Source: Bacteroidales bacterium (GTDB taxonomy: Bacteria > Bacteroidota > Bacteroidia > Bacteroidales > JAQUTK01). Taken from it: a stretch of 54,886 bases of DNA. The notes under the pieces were generated by a model. The model was not told where the DNA came from. It worked only from the letters and a program-made list of their open reading frames with translations, and did not search any database. Where the stretch lies: the NCBI GenBank assembly GCA_028691445.1, contig JAQUZH010000001.1, positions 1 through 54,886 of the forward strand, written 5' to 3'. The position numbers and the translations under genes are program-made. How positions within the stretch are numbered: position 1 is the first letter of the stretch; every line of letters starts with the position of its first letter. Of the stretch, positions 44,755 to 54,804 are shown one piece after another.

Positions 44755-47474
44755 AGAATGATATGATTCGTACGAAGATTCGTCTCTTTCAGAAAGAGAT
44801 CATGGTGACACTCTTGCTTTTTGTGTTTTTGTGTCCGTTATGCAACGGTTTGCAAGCGAAAGTTGCTCTTGATGAGTTGAAATGTGAATATCTGAACAAT
44901 CCATTGGGGATTGATGTGCAGAATCCTCGTTTTACTTGGATAGTAAAGGAGATCCAAGGGGACTATGTACAAGATTCATATCGGATATGTATGGCTACCT
45001 CTCTTCAATCTTTACACTCAGAGACTCCGGATGTATGGAACTCTGGTATAGTGACGAGCCGGTCAAATAGCGTTGTGTACACCGGACCGGTTGTCTTAAA
45101 GTCGCACCAGAAGTATTTCTGGTACGTATGTACGAAAGACAGCAAAGGAAAGGAGTATTGCTCAAAAGATGCTTCTTTTGAAATGGGAAAGATGCATCTC
45201 AACGAGTGGAAGGCTCAATGGATCTCAGACAGTCATGACAAAGAGTATCGTCCCTCCCCTTTGTTCAGAAGAAGTTTTAAGGTGGGTAAGAAGATTGCAT
45301 CGGCAAGGGCTTATGTCAGCGGACTGGGTTACTATGAGTTATTTCTGAATGGGGACAGGGTTGGGAAAAACGTACTGGACCCGGGATATACGCATTTTGA
45401 CAAACGGGTACTTTATGTGACGCATGATATTACCTCCTTACTTAAGAAGGGGGATAACTGTGCGGCTGCTGTGCTTGGTAATGGATGGTTTAATGTTCAA
45501 TCGCGTGGTGTGTGGGACTTTGAGAAAGCGCGTTGGCGCAATCGTCCGCAGCTCTTATGTGAGATAAGAATAACCTATGCTGATGGGAGCATCGAAACGA
45601 TCGGTTCAGATGAAAGTTGGAAGACCTCAACCGGCGCGTATCTGTTTAATAATATCTACAGTGGTGATATCTATGATGCGCGACTGGAAAAAAAGGGATG
45701 GAAAAGAAGTGGTTTTGATGACTCTCAATGGGCCAACGCTCGTCGGGTTGCAGCACCGGCTCCCATTGTACAGGCGCAGGTGATGCCTGCCATTCATGTG
45801 ACCCGCGAATTGAAGCCTGTTTCTATGCATAAAGTAAGTGACAGTATCTATGTATTTGATCTGGGTGCGAATATCTCCGGACTGTGTCGTTTGCAACTGA
45901 AAGGCGAAGCGGGAACCAGGGTGGCTCTGCGCCACGGCGAACTCCTGACCAAAGAGGGGCGTCTGGAGCAAGGGAATCTGAATATCTACTTCAAACCGGT
46001 TGACTCTACTGAGATCTTTCAGGAGGATATTTACATACTCAGTGGTAAGGGAGAAGAGACCTATACACCTTCTTTCTCTTATCATGGTTTCCAATATGTC
46101 GAAGTGATAAGCAGTGCTCCAATCACGCTACACAAAAATAGTCTGACGGGCTTGCATTTTCATAACGATCTGAGGGCTGTCGGTCAGTTCAGCTGTTCGA
46201 ATGAGACGCTGAATAAAATATGGAAAGCGACTTGTCTCTCGTATGTGAATAATATGGAGAGTATCCCGACAGATTGTCCGCAAAGGGAAAAGAATGGATG
46301 GACAGCCGACGCACACGTTTCGGTTGATCTCGGGCTGCTTAATTACGACGGACTCACCTTTTATGAGAAGTGGATGAACGATTTCATCGATAATCAACGT
46401 CCGGAAGGAGATATATCGGGGATCATACCAAGCTCTGGTTGGGGATATGGAGAGTGGATTGGTCCGGTGTGGGATGCTGCCATGTTTGTAATACCACAAG
46501 CACTCTATCAGTATTACGGAGACTCTCGTGCCATCGAAGCAATCTATCCGACTTGCGAGAGTTATCTTGGTTACCTGAGAACAAAAGAAAAAGAGGGATT
46601 ACTCGCTTATGGACTTGGAGACTGGTTGCCTTATAAGTCACAAACTCCGATTGATTTCACCTCGAGCTGTTATTATTATCTGGATTATGTACGGATGACA
46701 GGCTTTGCAAAGTTGATGGGAAAAGATCCATCGGCATATCAACAGAAAGCAGAAGAAATAAAGAAACGGATCAATGAGAAATATTTCCATGCCGAGAACA
46801 ATACCTATGCGAATGGAACTCAGACAGCGCTTGGTGTGGCATTGTACATGGGAGTGGTGCCAAGAGAAAAAGAACAAGCTGTGGCTGATCAACTGGCAGC
46901 TGCGGTACGGGCTACTGATTGTTATCTTGATTTTGGCGTTTTGGGGAGTAAGACAGTTCCTGCCATGCTGACTAAATATGGTTATGTGGATCTTGCGTAT
47001 GCGATGGCCTCCAAAGAAACAGCTCCTTCCTGGGGCTATTGGGTCAATGAATGTAAAATGACAACACTCGGTGAGACCTGGATCATGTCTCCAAAGTTTA
47101 ATGACGCTTCGCTGAATCATGTCTTTATGGGTGATATCATCGCCTGGATGCAAAACTCACTGGCAGGAATCAATTATGACACGGAAGAGCCAGGCTTTCA
47201 TCATATAATGATCCGTCCGCACTTTGTAAAGGAGTTGGATTGGGTGTGCGGAAGTTATGATTCGCCGCAAGGTCTGATCAAATCGGAATGGAAACGCAAA
47301 GGAGAGAAGGTGGTTCTTACTGTTACCATTCCTGCAGGATGCCGTGCAACGGTCTGTCTTGAAAAAGAGTATGAAGTGAAAGGAGGCAAACATCAGTTTG
47401 TCGTAACCCCTTCAGAAAAAGCTCAATTTGCTCATCTAAAAGGAGTTCTTTTCTCAATGATGGTGAAGAATTGA
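44751..47474 (+). CDS. Alpha-L-rhamnosidase, glycoside hydrolase family 78
   Basis: 907 aa. The N-terminal signature LKCEYLNNPLGIDVQNPRFTW and the multi-domain length are typical of bacterial GH78. Confidence 0.88.
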   Translation: MKNDMIRTKIRLFQKEIMVTLLLFVFLCPLCNGLQAKVALDELKCEYLNNPLGIDVQNPRFTWIVKEIQGDYVQDSYRICMATSLQSLHSETPDVWNSGIVTSRSNSVVYTGPVVLKSHQKYFWYVCTKDSKGKEYCSKDASFEMGKMHLNEWKAQWISDSHDKEYRPSPLFRRSFKVGKKIASARAYVSGLGYYELFLNGDRVGKNVLDPGYTHFDKRVLYVTHDITSLLKKGDNCAAAVLGNGWFNVQSRGVWDFEKARWRNRPQLLCEIRITYADGSIETIGSDESWKTSTGAYLFNNIYSGDIYDARLEKKGWKRSGFDDSQWANARRVAAPAPIVQAQVMPAIHVTRELKPVSMHKVSDSIYVFDLGANISGLCRLQLKGEAGTRVALRHGELLTKEGRLEQGNLNIYFKPVDSTEIFQEDIYILSGKGEETYTPSFSYHGFQYVEVISSAPITLHKNSLTGLHFHNDLRAVGQFSCSNETLNKIWKATCLSYVNNMESIPTDCPQREKNGWTADAHVSVDLGLLNYDGLTFYEKWMNDFIDNQRPEGDISGIIPSSGWGYGEWIGPVWDAAMFVIPQALYQYYGDSRAIEAIYPTCESYLGYLRTKEKEGLLAYGLGDWLPYKSQTPIDFTSSCYYYLDYVRMTGFAKLMGKDPSAYQQKAEEIKKRINEKYFHAENNTYANGTQTALGVALYMGVVPREKEQAVADQLAAAVRATDCYLDFGVLGSKTVPAMLTKYGYVDLAYAMASKETAPSWGYWVNECKMTTLGETWIMSPKFNDASLNHVFMGDIIAWMQNSLAGINYDTEEPGFHHIMIRPHFVKELDWVCGSYDSPQGLIKSEWKRKGEKVVLTVTIPAGCRATVCLEKEYEVKGGKHQFVVTPSEKAQFAHLKGVLFSMMVKN

Positions 47475-47526
47475 ATAGAGTCCGATAAAATTTGGTAAAA
47501 CTGTTCTTTAAAATAAAGAAAAGAGC

Positions 47527-47534
47527 TACTTTTG
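47527..47534 (+). promoter_or_regulatory. -7 promoter box (TACTTTTG) for the ferredoxin gene
   Basis: Exact TAnnTTTG 36 nt upstream of the Met at 47570, inside the longer track ORF. Confidence 0.55.
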
Positions 47535-47569
47535 CACCCGTAGTATTATCAACTAAACAAAATAAGAAA

Positions 47570-47740
47570 ATGGCTTACGTTATTAATGAAGATTGTGTGG
47601 CTTGTGGAACTTGTATCAGCGAGTGCCCGGTAGAAGCAATTTCTGAAGGTGATATCTATAAGATTGATCCAGAAGTATGCACTGAATGCGGTACATGCGC
47701 AGATGTTTGCCCAACAGGGGCAATATCTTTGGGCAAGTAA
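47570..47740 (+). CDS. 2x[4Fe-4S] ferredoxin
   Basis: 56 aa. Two CxxCxxCxxxCP motifs (CVACGTCISECP and CTECGTCADVCP). Confidence 0.92.
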   Translation: MAYVINEDCVACGTCISECPVEAISEGDIYKIDPEVCTECGTCADVCPTGAISLGK

Positions 47741-47760
47741 TCCCGGATATACACCACGAA

Positions 47761-47808
47761 AAGAAGAAGACACTTTGGAATCCAAAGTGTCTTCTTCTTT
47801 TTTTTATT
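47761..47808 (+). terminator. Intrinsic terminator after the ferredoxin gene
   Basis: Perfect 18 bp stem (47761-47778 / 47782-47799) followed by a T run. Confidence 0.85.
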
Positions 47809-47843
47809 ATGCAACCTACAGCCTGTACTTTGTGGATATAAAC

Positions 47844-47879
47844 AAAGAAAGCAGTTATATTTCTATAACTGCTTTCTTT
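47844..47879 (-). terminator. Terminator hairpin downstream of tRNA-Phe
   Basis: Perfect 16 bp stem aaagaaagcagttata/tataactgctttcttt with a 4 nt loop, lying 7 nt after the tRNA 3' end. Confidence 0.75.
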
Positions 47880-47885
47880 TGGAAG

Positions 47886-47958
47886 TGGTGCCACCAGGAA
47901 TCGAACCGGGGACACAAGGATTTTCAGTCCTTTGCTCTACCAACTGAGCTATGGCACC
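47886..47958 (-). tRNA. tRNA-Phe (GAA)
   Basis: The reverse complement GGTGCCATAGCTCAGTTGGTAGAGCAAAGGACTGAAAATCCTTGTGTCCCCGGTTCGATTCCTGGTGGCACCA folds as a cloverleaf with anticodon loop CTGAAAA. Confidence 0.92.
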
Positions 47959-47975
47959 TTCCGTTTTTGGTGCTG

Positions 47976-47983
47976 CAAAGGTA
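47976..47983 (-). promoter_or_regulatory. -7 promoter box (TACCTTTG) for tRNA-Phe
   Basis: Exact TAnnTTTG on the - strand, ending 17 nt upstream of the mature 5' end. Confidence 0.6.
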
Positions 47984-48027
47984 AGACTGTTTTTTATATC
48001 TACCAAATACTTCCACCATTTTTTTCA

Positions 48028-49071
48028 CTATTCAGACAAAGAATTCCATCCTTGAGCCGATAAAGCGACCTCCTGACCACTCTGAGTAACGATACAACTG
48101 CCCAAAGCCTCTTTGGTTATGTAACCAATTTCACGAATACCGGGAATTGTGATAATGTCTTGGTGTTTGGCCAAGGGGACTGTAAATAACAGTTCGTAGT
48201 CTTCTCCTCCATTTAAGGCGGCGGTAAGCGGACTATAATTAAACTCTTCTGCCATCAATGAGGTCTGATAGTCAATTGGGATCTTTTCTTCAAAGATACG
48301 ACAGCCGACCTTACTCTGACCACAGATATGAAGGAGCTCAGAAGAAAGTCCGTCAGAAATATCCATCATAGAAGAGGGAACTATCCCTTTTTCTGCCAAG
48401 GTCTCAATGATTGCCTTTTGAGCTTCCGGTTTCAACTGACGTTCCAGAATATATTCTTTTCCGGAAAAGTCCGGTTGAGTCTCTTTGTTATCAGCCAATA
48501 CGCGTTTCTCACGTTCCAGCAACTGCAACCCCATGTAGGCCGCGCCCAAATCGCCGGTAACGCAAATAAGGTCGGTCTCCTTGGCTCCATTGCGATAGAC
48601 AATCTTTCCTTCTTCACCTTCACCAATACAAGTGATACTAATCGCCATACCGGTGAGTGATGAGGAGGTATCGCCTCCGACAATATCTACTCCGTATTTC
48701 TCACAAGCCATATGGAGTCCTTCATAAAAGTCATCCAGATCTTCAATACTAAACCGTTTAGAAATTCCCAATGAGACGGTAATCTGCTTGGGTTGACCAT
48801 TCATCGCATAGATATCTGAGAAGTTGACTACTGCAGACTTGTATCCCAAGTGCTTCAAGGGAACATAGGTCAGATCGAAATGGATTCCTTCCAATAGCAA
48901 ATCTGTGGTGACAAGTACTCTCTTTGAAGCGTAATCGAGTACTGCCGCATCATCACCTACTCCTTTAAGCGAGCTTTTATTTTTTAATTCAATTGCTTTC
49001 GTCAGATGATCAATAAGACCAAACTCTCCTAAGGTCGCAATTTCTGTTCGTTTTATTTCGGACATATTCAA
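48028..49071 (-). CDS. thiL: Thiamine-monophosphate kinase
   Basis: 347 aa. AIR-synthase-related fold motifs GVGDDAAVL and DISDGL. Confidence 0.9.
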   Translation of the reverse strand: MNMSEIKRTEIATLGEFGLIDHLTKAIELKNKSSLKGVGDDAAVLDYASKRVLVTTDLLLEGIHFDLTYVPLKHLGYKSAVVNFSDIYAMNGQPKQITVSLGISKRFSIEDLDDFYEGLHMACEKYGVDIVGGDTSSSLTGMAISITCIGEGEEGKIVYRNGAKETDLICVTGDLGAAYMGLQLLEREKRVLADNKETQPDFSGKEYILERQLKPEAQKAIIETLAEKGIVPSSMMDISDGLSSELLHICGQSKVGCRIFEEKIPIDYQTSLMAEEFNYSPLTAALNGGEDYELLFTVPLAKHQDIITIPGIREIGYITKEALGSCIVTQSGQEVALSAQGWNSLSE

Positions 49072-49880
49072 AGGCTTTTAATTAATTCATAGATAATCGA
49101 TCGTAATGCTGTTTCCGCCTGACGGGCTACACGCTGCACCTCAGAATGAGAGGTCTGTAACATATTATCCGGGTTGTTGCAGTTGGTAATTACCGAGAAA
49201 GCAACGACTCTGATTCCTCCGTGACGGGCAACGATCACTTCGGGTATGGTAGACATTCCCACGGCATCTGCTCCTATCGTACGGAAGAAACGCGTTTCGG
49301 CAGGAGTTTCGTACGAAGGTCCGGATGTGCCCACATACACTCCTTGACGCAAAGATATTCCCTTTTCAGCAGATATTTGTAATACGAGGGCACGAAGTTG
49401 CTTGTCATACGCTTCACTCATATCTGGAAAGCGTTCGCCCAACTCCGAATGATTCTTCCCTCTCAGGGGATTTTCGGGGAAATAATTGATATGGTCAGTA
49501 ATAAGCATCACATCTCCCATCTGAAACAAAGGATTGAGTCCGCCGGCTGCATTTGAAAGAAAGAGATAACGGATACCAAGTTGTTGCATGACCCGAACGG
49601 GAAATGTAACCTCTTTCATAGAGTACCCTTCATAATAATGAAACCGTCCGGACATAACCAAGACGGGTTTTCCTGCCAGCATACCACAAATCAGTTTACC
49701 TTCATGACCTTCCACCGTCGAAACTGGAAAATGAGGGATATCCTGGTAGCGTATCACCTCTTTGACTTCCATGTCTGACGTTAGATTGCCCAACCCCGAA
49801 CCAAGTACAATGGCCACCTCAGGCTGCAGTGAGAGGGCTGCAAGAATGAATTCAGCAGCTTCCTGAATAAGATTCAACAT
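49068..49880 (-). CDS. Purine nucleoside phosphorylase (PunA/trimeric type)
   Basis: 270 aa. Contains VLGSGLG, GRFHYYEGY and GMSTIPEV. Confidence 0.9.
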   Translation of the reverse strand: MLNLIQEAAEFILAALSLQPEVAIVLGSGLGNLTSDMEVKEVIRYQDIPHFPVSTVEGHEGKLICGMLAGKPVLVMSGRFHYYEGYSMKEVTFPVRVMQQLGIRYLFLSNAAGGLNPLFQMGDVMLITDHINYFPENPLRGKNHSELGERFPDMSEAYDKQLRALVLQISAEKGISLRQGVYVGTSGPSYETPAETRFFRTIGADAVGMSTIPEVIVARHGGIRVVAFSVITNCNNPDNMLQTSHSEVQRVARQAETALRSIIYELIKSL

Positions 49881-50949
49881 GATTCAATACTATTTGGTTA
49901 AACTTCGATTCTCCATTTGCAAGGAAAGCAATTTCAATAGGGAGATAATATATATTAGATTGCATCTGGGTAGTGACATAAGGACTCTCCCGAAAGCGCA
50001 TCGCATCTTTTTCAGTCATGATAATAAGTTTGTTGTCCGATTCTATCTGATCAAACAGCTGAAAGATATGGTTCACTTCCTTCTCACTAAAGAAGTGATG
50101 ATCCGGAAAAACCAGTGATCTCGTATGCAGAGAGTATTTTTTGATCTCTTCAAGCATAGGTTTGGGTGAGGCAATACCGGTAACCATCAGTACCCGTGTA
50201 TCGAAACGAAGATCGCTCAGCGCAATTACGTTCCGGTGCGCATCAGACGGATACACAGCACAAATATGTCGGTAACAAATCGTGGTAAAGAAAAGAGACT
50301 GACCAGGCAAAAGAGCAAGCTTTTGACGAACGGCCTCTTGTTCATGGGCGCTCATCTCAGAATTACACTTGGTTACAATGACGATATCAGCACGTTTCTT
50401 CCCGGATATCGGTTCGCGGAGATTGCCGGTAGGAAGCATCTGATCTTCATAAAACGGACAATGAACGTCTGTGAGTAATATATTTAATGACGGGGAAACA
50501 GAACGATGTTGATAGGCATCATCTAATAATATGACGTCAAGAGGAGGTTGAGTCACATCTGTAAGCAACTGTTTGATGCCATGCACCCGACGCTCATCCA
50601 CCGCGAGAGAAATGGAGGGATACTTACTTTTCATCTGAAAAGGTTCATCGCCAATCATTGAAGCGGTTACATTTGCTCCCGCAAAGAGATATCCTTTGCT
50701 TTTACGGCGATACCCTCTGCTAAGCACAGCCACAGCATAACGCTCTTTCAACAAGCGAATGAGATATTCGGTATGCGGTGTTTTACCGGTGCCTCCTACA
50801 GTGATATTTCCAATGTTAATCACCGGGAGGGAAAAGGATTGGCTTTGAAGGAGCTGCATATCAAATAAAAAGTTCCTGATCACCATCACCCAACCATACA
50901 GAAGGGAAAAAGGGAGTAAAACAGATCGGATTATACGTATCACATGCAT
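49852..50949 (-). CDS. lpxK: Tetraacyldisaccharide 4'-kinase
   Basis: 365 aa. N-terminal TM segment and the P-loop GNITVGGTGKTP. Confidence 0.9.
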   Translation of the reverse strand: MHVIRIIRSVLLPFSLLYGWVMVIRNFLFDMQLLQSQSFSLPVINIGNITVGGTGKTPHTEYLIRLLKERYAVAVLSRGYRRKSKGYLFAGANVTASMIGDEPFQMKSKYPSISLAVDERRVHGIKQLLTDVTQPPLDVILLDDAYQHRSVSPSLNILLTDVHCPFYEDQMLPTGNLREPISGKKRADIVIVTKCNSEMSAHEQEAVRQKLALLPGQSLFFTTICYRHICAVYPSDAHRNVIALSDLRFDTRVLMVTGIASPKPMLEEIKKYSLHTRSLVFPDHHFFSEKEVNHIFQLFDQIESDNKLIIMTEKDAMRFRESPYVTTQMQSNIYYLPIEIAFLANGESKFNQIVLNHVESYSGSC

Positions 50950-50959
50950 TGTTTTGAAC

Positions 50960-52735
50960 TTAACGAATGACTACCTGCTCAGGCATGCGTGCTTGCAAAA
51001 AGTCAGTGATAGCAAAATGATTCTTTTTAGAAGAGAGGAAAAGTTTGACAATCTCATTTTCTCTCAACTGTTCAAGTGCTGTATTCGTTTGGGAAGATTC
51101 CATTAAGCGGGAGAGAAAATCTTTCTTTCGCGGATAACCGACTACCTTATAATCTGTCACATTGGACAATTCAGAGGCTTTATTAATGGCAGTCTGAATT
51201 CCTCCGAGCTCATCGACGAGTCCGAGTTCCAACGCTTTTATTCCACTCCATACACGTCCCTGAGCAATACGCTCGAGTTCGTCCGGAAATAGTTTTGTAT
51301 GCCGACTATAGGCACAACGACTCAGAAACGTCTTATATCCTCTTTCCACATAGGCTTGCATGATTGCTTTCTCCTCCAAACTCATCGGACGGGTGATTGT
51401 CGGCATATCGGCAAAGCGGTTTGTCTTCACTACATCAAAAGTAACACCCAGTTTATCTGTCAGACCGGAAACATTGGGAATCATGCCAAAGATACCTATC
51501 GAACCGGTGATCGTTGTTGGTTGCGCAACAATAAAAGAAGCTGGCACGGATATGTAGTATCCTCCGGATGCAGCATAATCGCCCATGGAAACAACAACAG
51601 GTTTGACGTTTACCAAGTCGCGAACCTCTTTCCATATCTGATCGGAGGAATAGGCACTTCCACCGGGTGAGTTTACCCGGAGCACAACCGCTTTTACTCT
51701 TCCGTTTTTCTTCAGTTTACGGATCTCTTTGATCAGTTCGGATTCGACAATAGCATCGGTACTGACAGAAGATGATTCACTCACAATTTCTCCTTCCGCA
51801 TACAATATCGCTATTTCATCGGAAGAAGAGGAGGTTAAATCCGTTGATAAAGCGACCAGATCGGTCACATTTATCATAGGAAGTTTATCCTTCTTCGCCA
51901 ATCCATTCTGAGCTTTCAGTAAGTCGAGCACATCTGCCTCGTAAGCGAGTGTATCCACCAGATGAGAAGTCACATAACTTTCCGGAGATTGAAACAGAAG
52001 CATCCTATCAGCAAATGCATGAAGGGTATCTACCGGAATAGAGCGGGACTTTGAAATGTTAGAAAGTTGAAAGCGCCATATATCCTGTAAATATTCTGTC
52101 GTCTGTTCTCTGCTGGCATCACTCATACTTGTTTGCATATATGGTTCAACAGCCGATTTATAGCTTCCCACCTTGAAAATCTGCATTTCCACTCCGACCT
52201 TATCCAGTGTGTTTTTATAAAAAGCGCGTTCGGCAGCCAGACCTTTCAGATTAAGCATTCCTTGCGAATTAATGATCACTTTATCTGCAACTGAAGCAAT
52301 GTAATAGGCATTCTGAGTATAGGTACCTGCGTAAGCAACGATCGGCTTACCACTCTCCTTAAAGTCTACCAATGCCTGACGGATCTCTTCAGCACTGGCA
52401 GGAGCCATCTCCACCTCTTTGGCATCGATAAAGATGGACTTGATATTGGGATCACTCTTTGCGATACGTATAGCCGTTCGAATATCTTCTATGCTTATTT
52501 CTTTGATCTCATCAAAGAGTGCAGACCAGGGATCTTCCTGTAGACGTTCAGAAACTACACCTTCGAGCGTAATATGAAGTACAGAATTTGGTTTGACGGA
52601 TGTCACAGCAGGTGTATCAGTTGAAAGTGCGGAGATCAGGCCAACCATCCCGCCTACCAATAGAATGAAACAGAAGAAAGCAGCCAACATCACTCCAATA
52701 AAGGATGCAAATACGTATTTCAAAAACTGTAACAT
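50960..52735 (-). CDS. sppA: Signal peptide peptidase SppA, 67K (tandem S49) type
   Basis: 591 aa. N-terminal TM segment, two S49 repeats, and the catalytic Ser region GDYAASGGYY. Confidence 0.9.
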   Translation of the reverse strand: MLQFLKYVFASFIGVMLAAFFCFILLVGGMVGLISALSTDTPAVTSVKPNSVLHITLEGVVSERLQEDPWSALFDEIKEISIEDIRTAIRIAKSDPNIKSIFIDAKEVEMAPASAEEIRQALVDFKESGKPIVAYAGTYTQNAYYIASVADKVIINSQGMLNLKGLAAERAFYKNTLDKVGVEMQIFKVGSYKSAVEPYMQTSMSDASREQTTEYLQDIWRFQLSNISKSRSIPVDTLHAFADRMLLFQSPESYVTSHLVDTLAYEADVLDLLKAQNGLAKKDKLPMINVTDLVALSTDLTSSSSDEIAILYAEGEIVSESSSVSTDAIVESELIKEIRKLKKNGRVKAVVLRVNSPGGSAYSSDQIWKEVRDLVNVKPVVVSMGDYAASGGYYISVPASFIVAQPTTITGSIGIFGMIPNVSGLTDKLGVTFDVVKTNRFADMPTITRPMSLEEKAIMQAYVERGYKTFLSRCAYSRHTKLFPDELERIAQGRVWSGIKALELGLVDELGGIQTAINKASELSNVTDYKVVGYPRKKDFLSRLMESSQTNTALEQLRENEIVKLFLSSKKNHFAITDFLQARMPEQVVIR

Positions 52736-52746
52736 ATCATCTCTAT

Positions 52747-54609
52747 TTAAAAAGTTTGCATATCACTCAAATGCTTATAGTAACCATCCAATTCTATGAG
52801 ATCATCGTGCTTGCCTCGTTCGACAATCTCTCCTTCATGCAACACACAGATCTCATCGGCATTACGAATGGTAGAAAGACGGTGAGCAATGGCTATAGTC
52901 GTACGGCTCTTCATCAGATTTTCCAATGCTTCCTGAACCATACGTTCAGACTCAGTATCCAAGGCAGAAGTCGCTTCATCAAGGATCAAGATAGGAGGAT
53001 TCTTCAGAATAGCACGTGCAATACTCACGCGTTGACGTTGTCCTCCCGAAAGTTTACAGCCACGATCACCAACGGTGCTCTCGTATTTATCTTCTGTAGA
53101 TTCGATAAATTCCTGCGCATTGGCAATACGGGCAGCCTCTTCTACCTTTTCTTGTGATGTTTGATCCACGCCAAAGGATATATTCCCATAAAAAGAGTCA
53201 TTAAAGAGGATAGCATCCTGATTCACATTTCCCATCAAGGCACGCAACTCCTTCAAACGAACCTCTTTGATGTTGATGCCATCAATTAATATTTCTCCTT
53301 CGAAGACATCATAAAATCGGGGGATCAGATCAACTAAAGTCGATTTACCCGAACCGGACTGTCCCACAAGGGCCACTGTCTTCCCTTTGGGGATAATCAA
53401 ATTAATATTCTTCAGCACCCATTCATTCTGGTATTTGAACCAAACATTACGAAACTCAATCTCTTTTTGAAAAGTGGTCAGAGATACCGGATGCTCAGCT
53501 TCCACAATCTTATCTTCAGCCATGAGTATTTTATCTACACGATCCATAGAGGCAAAACCTTTCTGGATGGCATAAGAAGCTCTTGAAAGATCTTTAGCCG
53601 GATTGATAATACTGTAAAACAGCAACAGATAATAGATAAACATCGAAGCGGTTATGGAACTTTGATTGCTCAAGATCAAAGAACCTCCATACCAGAGAAC
53701 AATAACAATTGTCGCTGTCGCCAAAAACTCGGTAAGAGGATGAGCCAATAATTGACGGCGATTGATACGGTTAACGGTACGGCGGAAGGTATCGTTCTTT
53801 TTCATGAAACGCTTTGACATCTTTTTCTCCGCGTTAAAAGCCTTAACAACACGCAATCCACCTAATGTTTCTTCCAATTGAGAGAGTAATTCAGACCATT
53901 GAGACTGTCCAAGCAAAGAGCGTGCTTTAAGTTTTCTTCCAATAATACCCATAAAAAAGCCCGCTATCGGCAATAATATCGCCACAAAGATGGTGAGTTG
54001 CCAGCTAATTCCAATCATTGCTATCAGATAGATCAATATCAAAATAGGATTCTTGAAAAGCATATCCAAAGAACTCATAATAGAGTTTTCAATTTCTTGC
54101 ACATCACCACTCATACGAGCAATAATATCTCCTTTTTTTTCTTCCGTGAAGAAGCCAATAGGAAGTTTGATAATTTTATTATATACCTGATTTCTGATGT
54201 CACACACCACCCCGGTACGAATGGGTACTAAAAAGTAAGTCGCCAAATAATAGGTCCCTGTCTTTAACAAAGTCATAACGATAAGAACAAGCCCCAAAAA
54301 CAGCAAGGTTGTGCCTCCTCCATAGCGAGTCGTAAAATCAACTATATAATAATAGAAATTGTTGACCAGTGTTTCGGAATAATGATCCAAACTATCTTTA
54401 AAACTTGAAAAAGTGAATTGTACTGTATCAAACGGGATATAAACATACACCTCTTGCTTCATCTTAAAGAGAATCTCTAAGATGGGAATGATGAATGCAA
54501 ACGCAAACAAGTTCAGGATTGCAGATAAAATATTAAAGAAGAACGTCAGATACAGATACTTTTTATAAGGAGGTACAAAACGCTTCAGAATAGAGAATAA
54601 TTCTTTCAT
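52747..54609 (-). CDS. ABC transporter, fused permease/ATPase (MsbA-like lipid exporter)
   Basis: 6-TM domain followed by Walker A GQSGSGKST, the signature LSGGQRQR, and Walker B ILILDEATSALD. The ATG at 54609 is preferred over the upstream TTG. Confidence 0.88.
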   Translation of the reverse strand: MKELFSILKRFVPPYKKYLYLTFFFNILSAILNLFAFAFIIPILEILFKMKQEVYVYIPFDTVQFTFSSFKDSLDHYSETLVNNFYYYIVDFTTRYGGGTTLLFLGLVLIVMTLLKTGTYYLATYFLVPIRTGVVCDIRNQVYNKIIKLPIGFFTEEKKGDIIARMSGDVQEIENSIMSSLDMLFKNPILILIYLIAMIGISWQLTIFVAILLPIAGFFMGIIGRKLKARSLLGQSQWSELLSQLEETLGGLRVVKAFNAEKKMSKRFMKKNDTFRRTVNRINRRQLLAHPLTEFLATATIVIVLWYGGSLILSNQSSITASMFIYYLLLFYSIINPAKDLSRASYAIQKGFASMDRVDKILMAEDKIVEAEHPVSLTTFQKEIEFRNVWFKYQNEWVLKNINLIIPKGKTVALVGQSGSGKSTLVDLIPRFYDVFEGEILIDGINIKEVRLKELRALMGNVNQDAILFNDSFYGNISFGVDQTSQEKVEEAARIANAQEFIESTEDKYESTVGDRGCKLSGGQRQRVSIARAILKNPPILILDEATSALDTESERMVQEALENLMKSRTTIAIAHRLSTIRNADEICVLHEGEIVERGKHDDLIELDGYYKHLSDMQTF

Positions 54610-54759
54610 AACATTGTTTTTAGAAGACAATTGAAAATATGGCGCAAGTTACTAAATTTCTTTCTATTTTTTACAACAGAAAGAGAGAATCAGACGCGAA
54701 TAAACACTGACTGCGGTCAATCGTCACATTTCATTATCAAGACTTTAGAACTTACAGAT

Positions 54760-54797
54760 AAAAAAAGAGTCCCACAGCAATAAAGCTGAAGGACTCT
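54760..54797 (-). terminator. Intrinsic terminator of the rRNA operon
   Basis: On the - strand, the 7 bp stem agagtcc/ggactct follows the 5S 3' end and is itself followed by T7. Confidence 0.65.
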
Positions 54798-54804
54798 CAA
54801 AAAA

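Noticed and set aside
47886-47958. C51-U63 mismatch in the T-stem of tRNA-Phe
   Set aside because: The rest of the cloverleaf is canonical. E. coli tRNA-Phe also has a non-Watson-Crick (U-G) pair at the same position. A single mismatch is insufficient to call a pseudogene.
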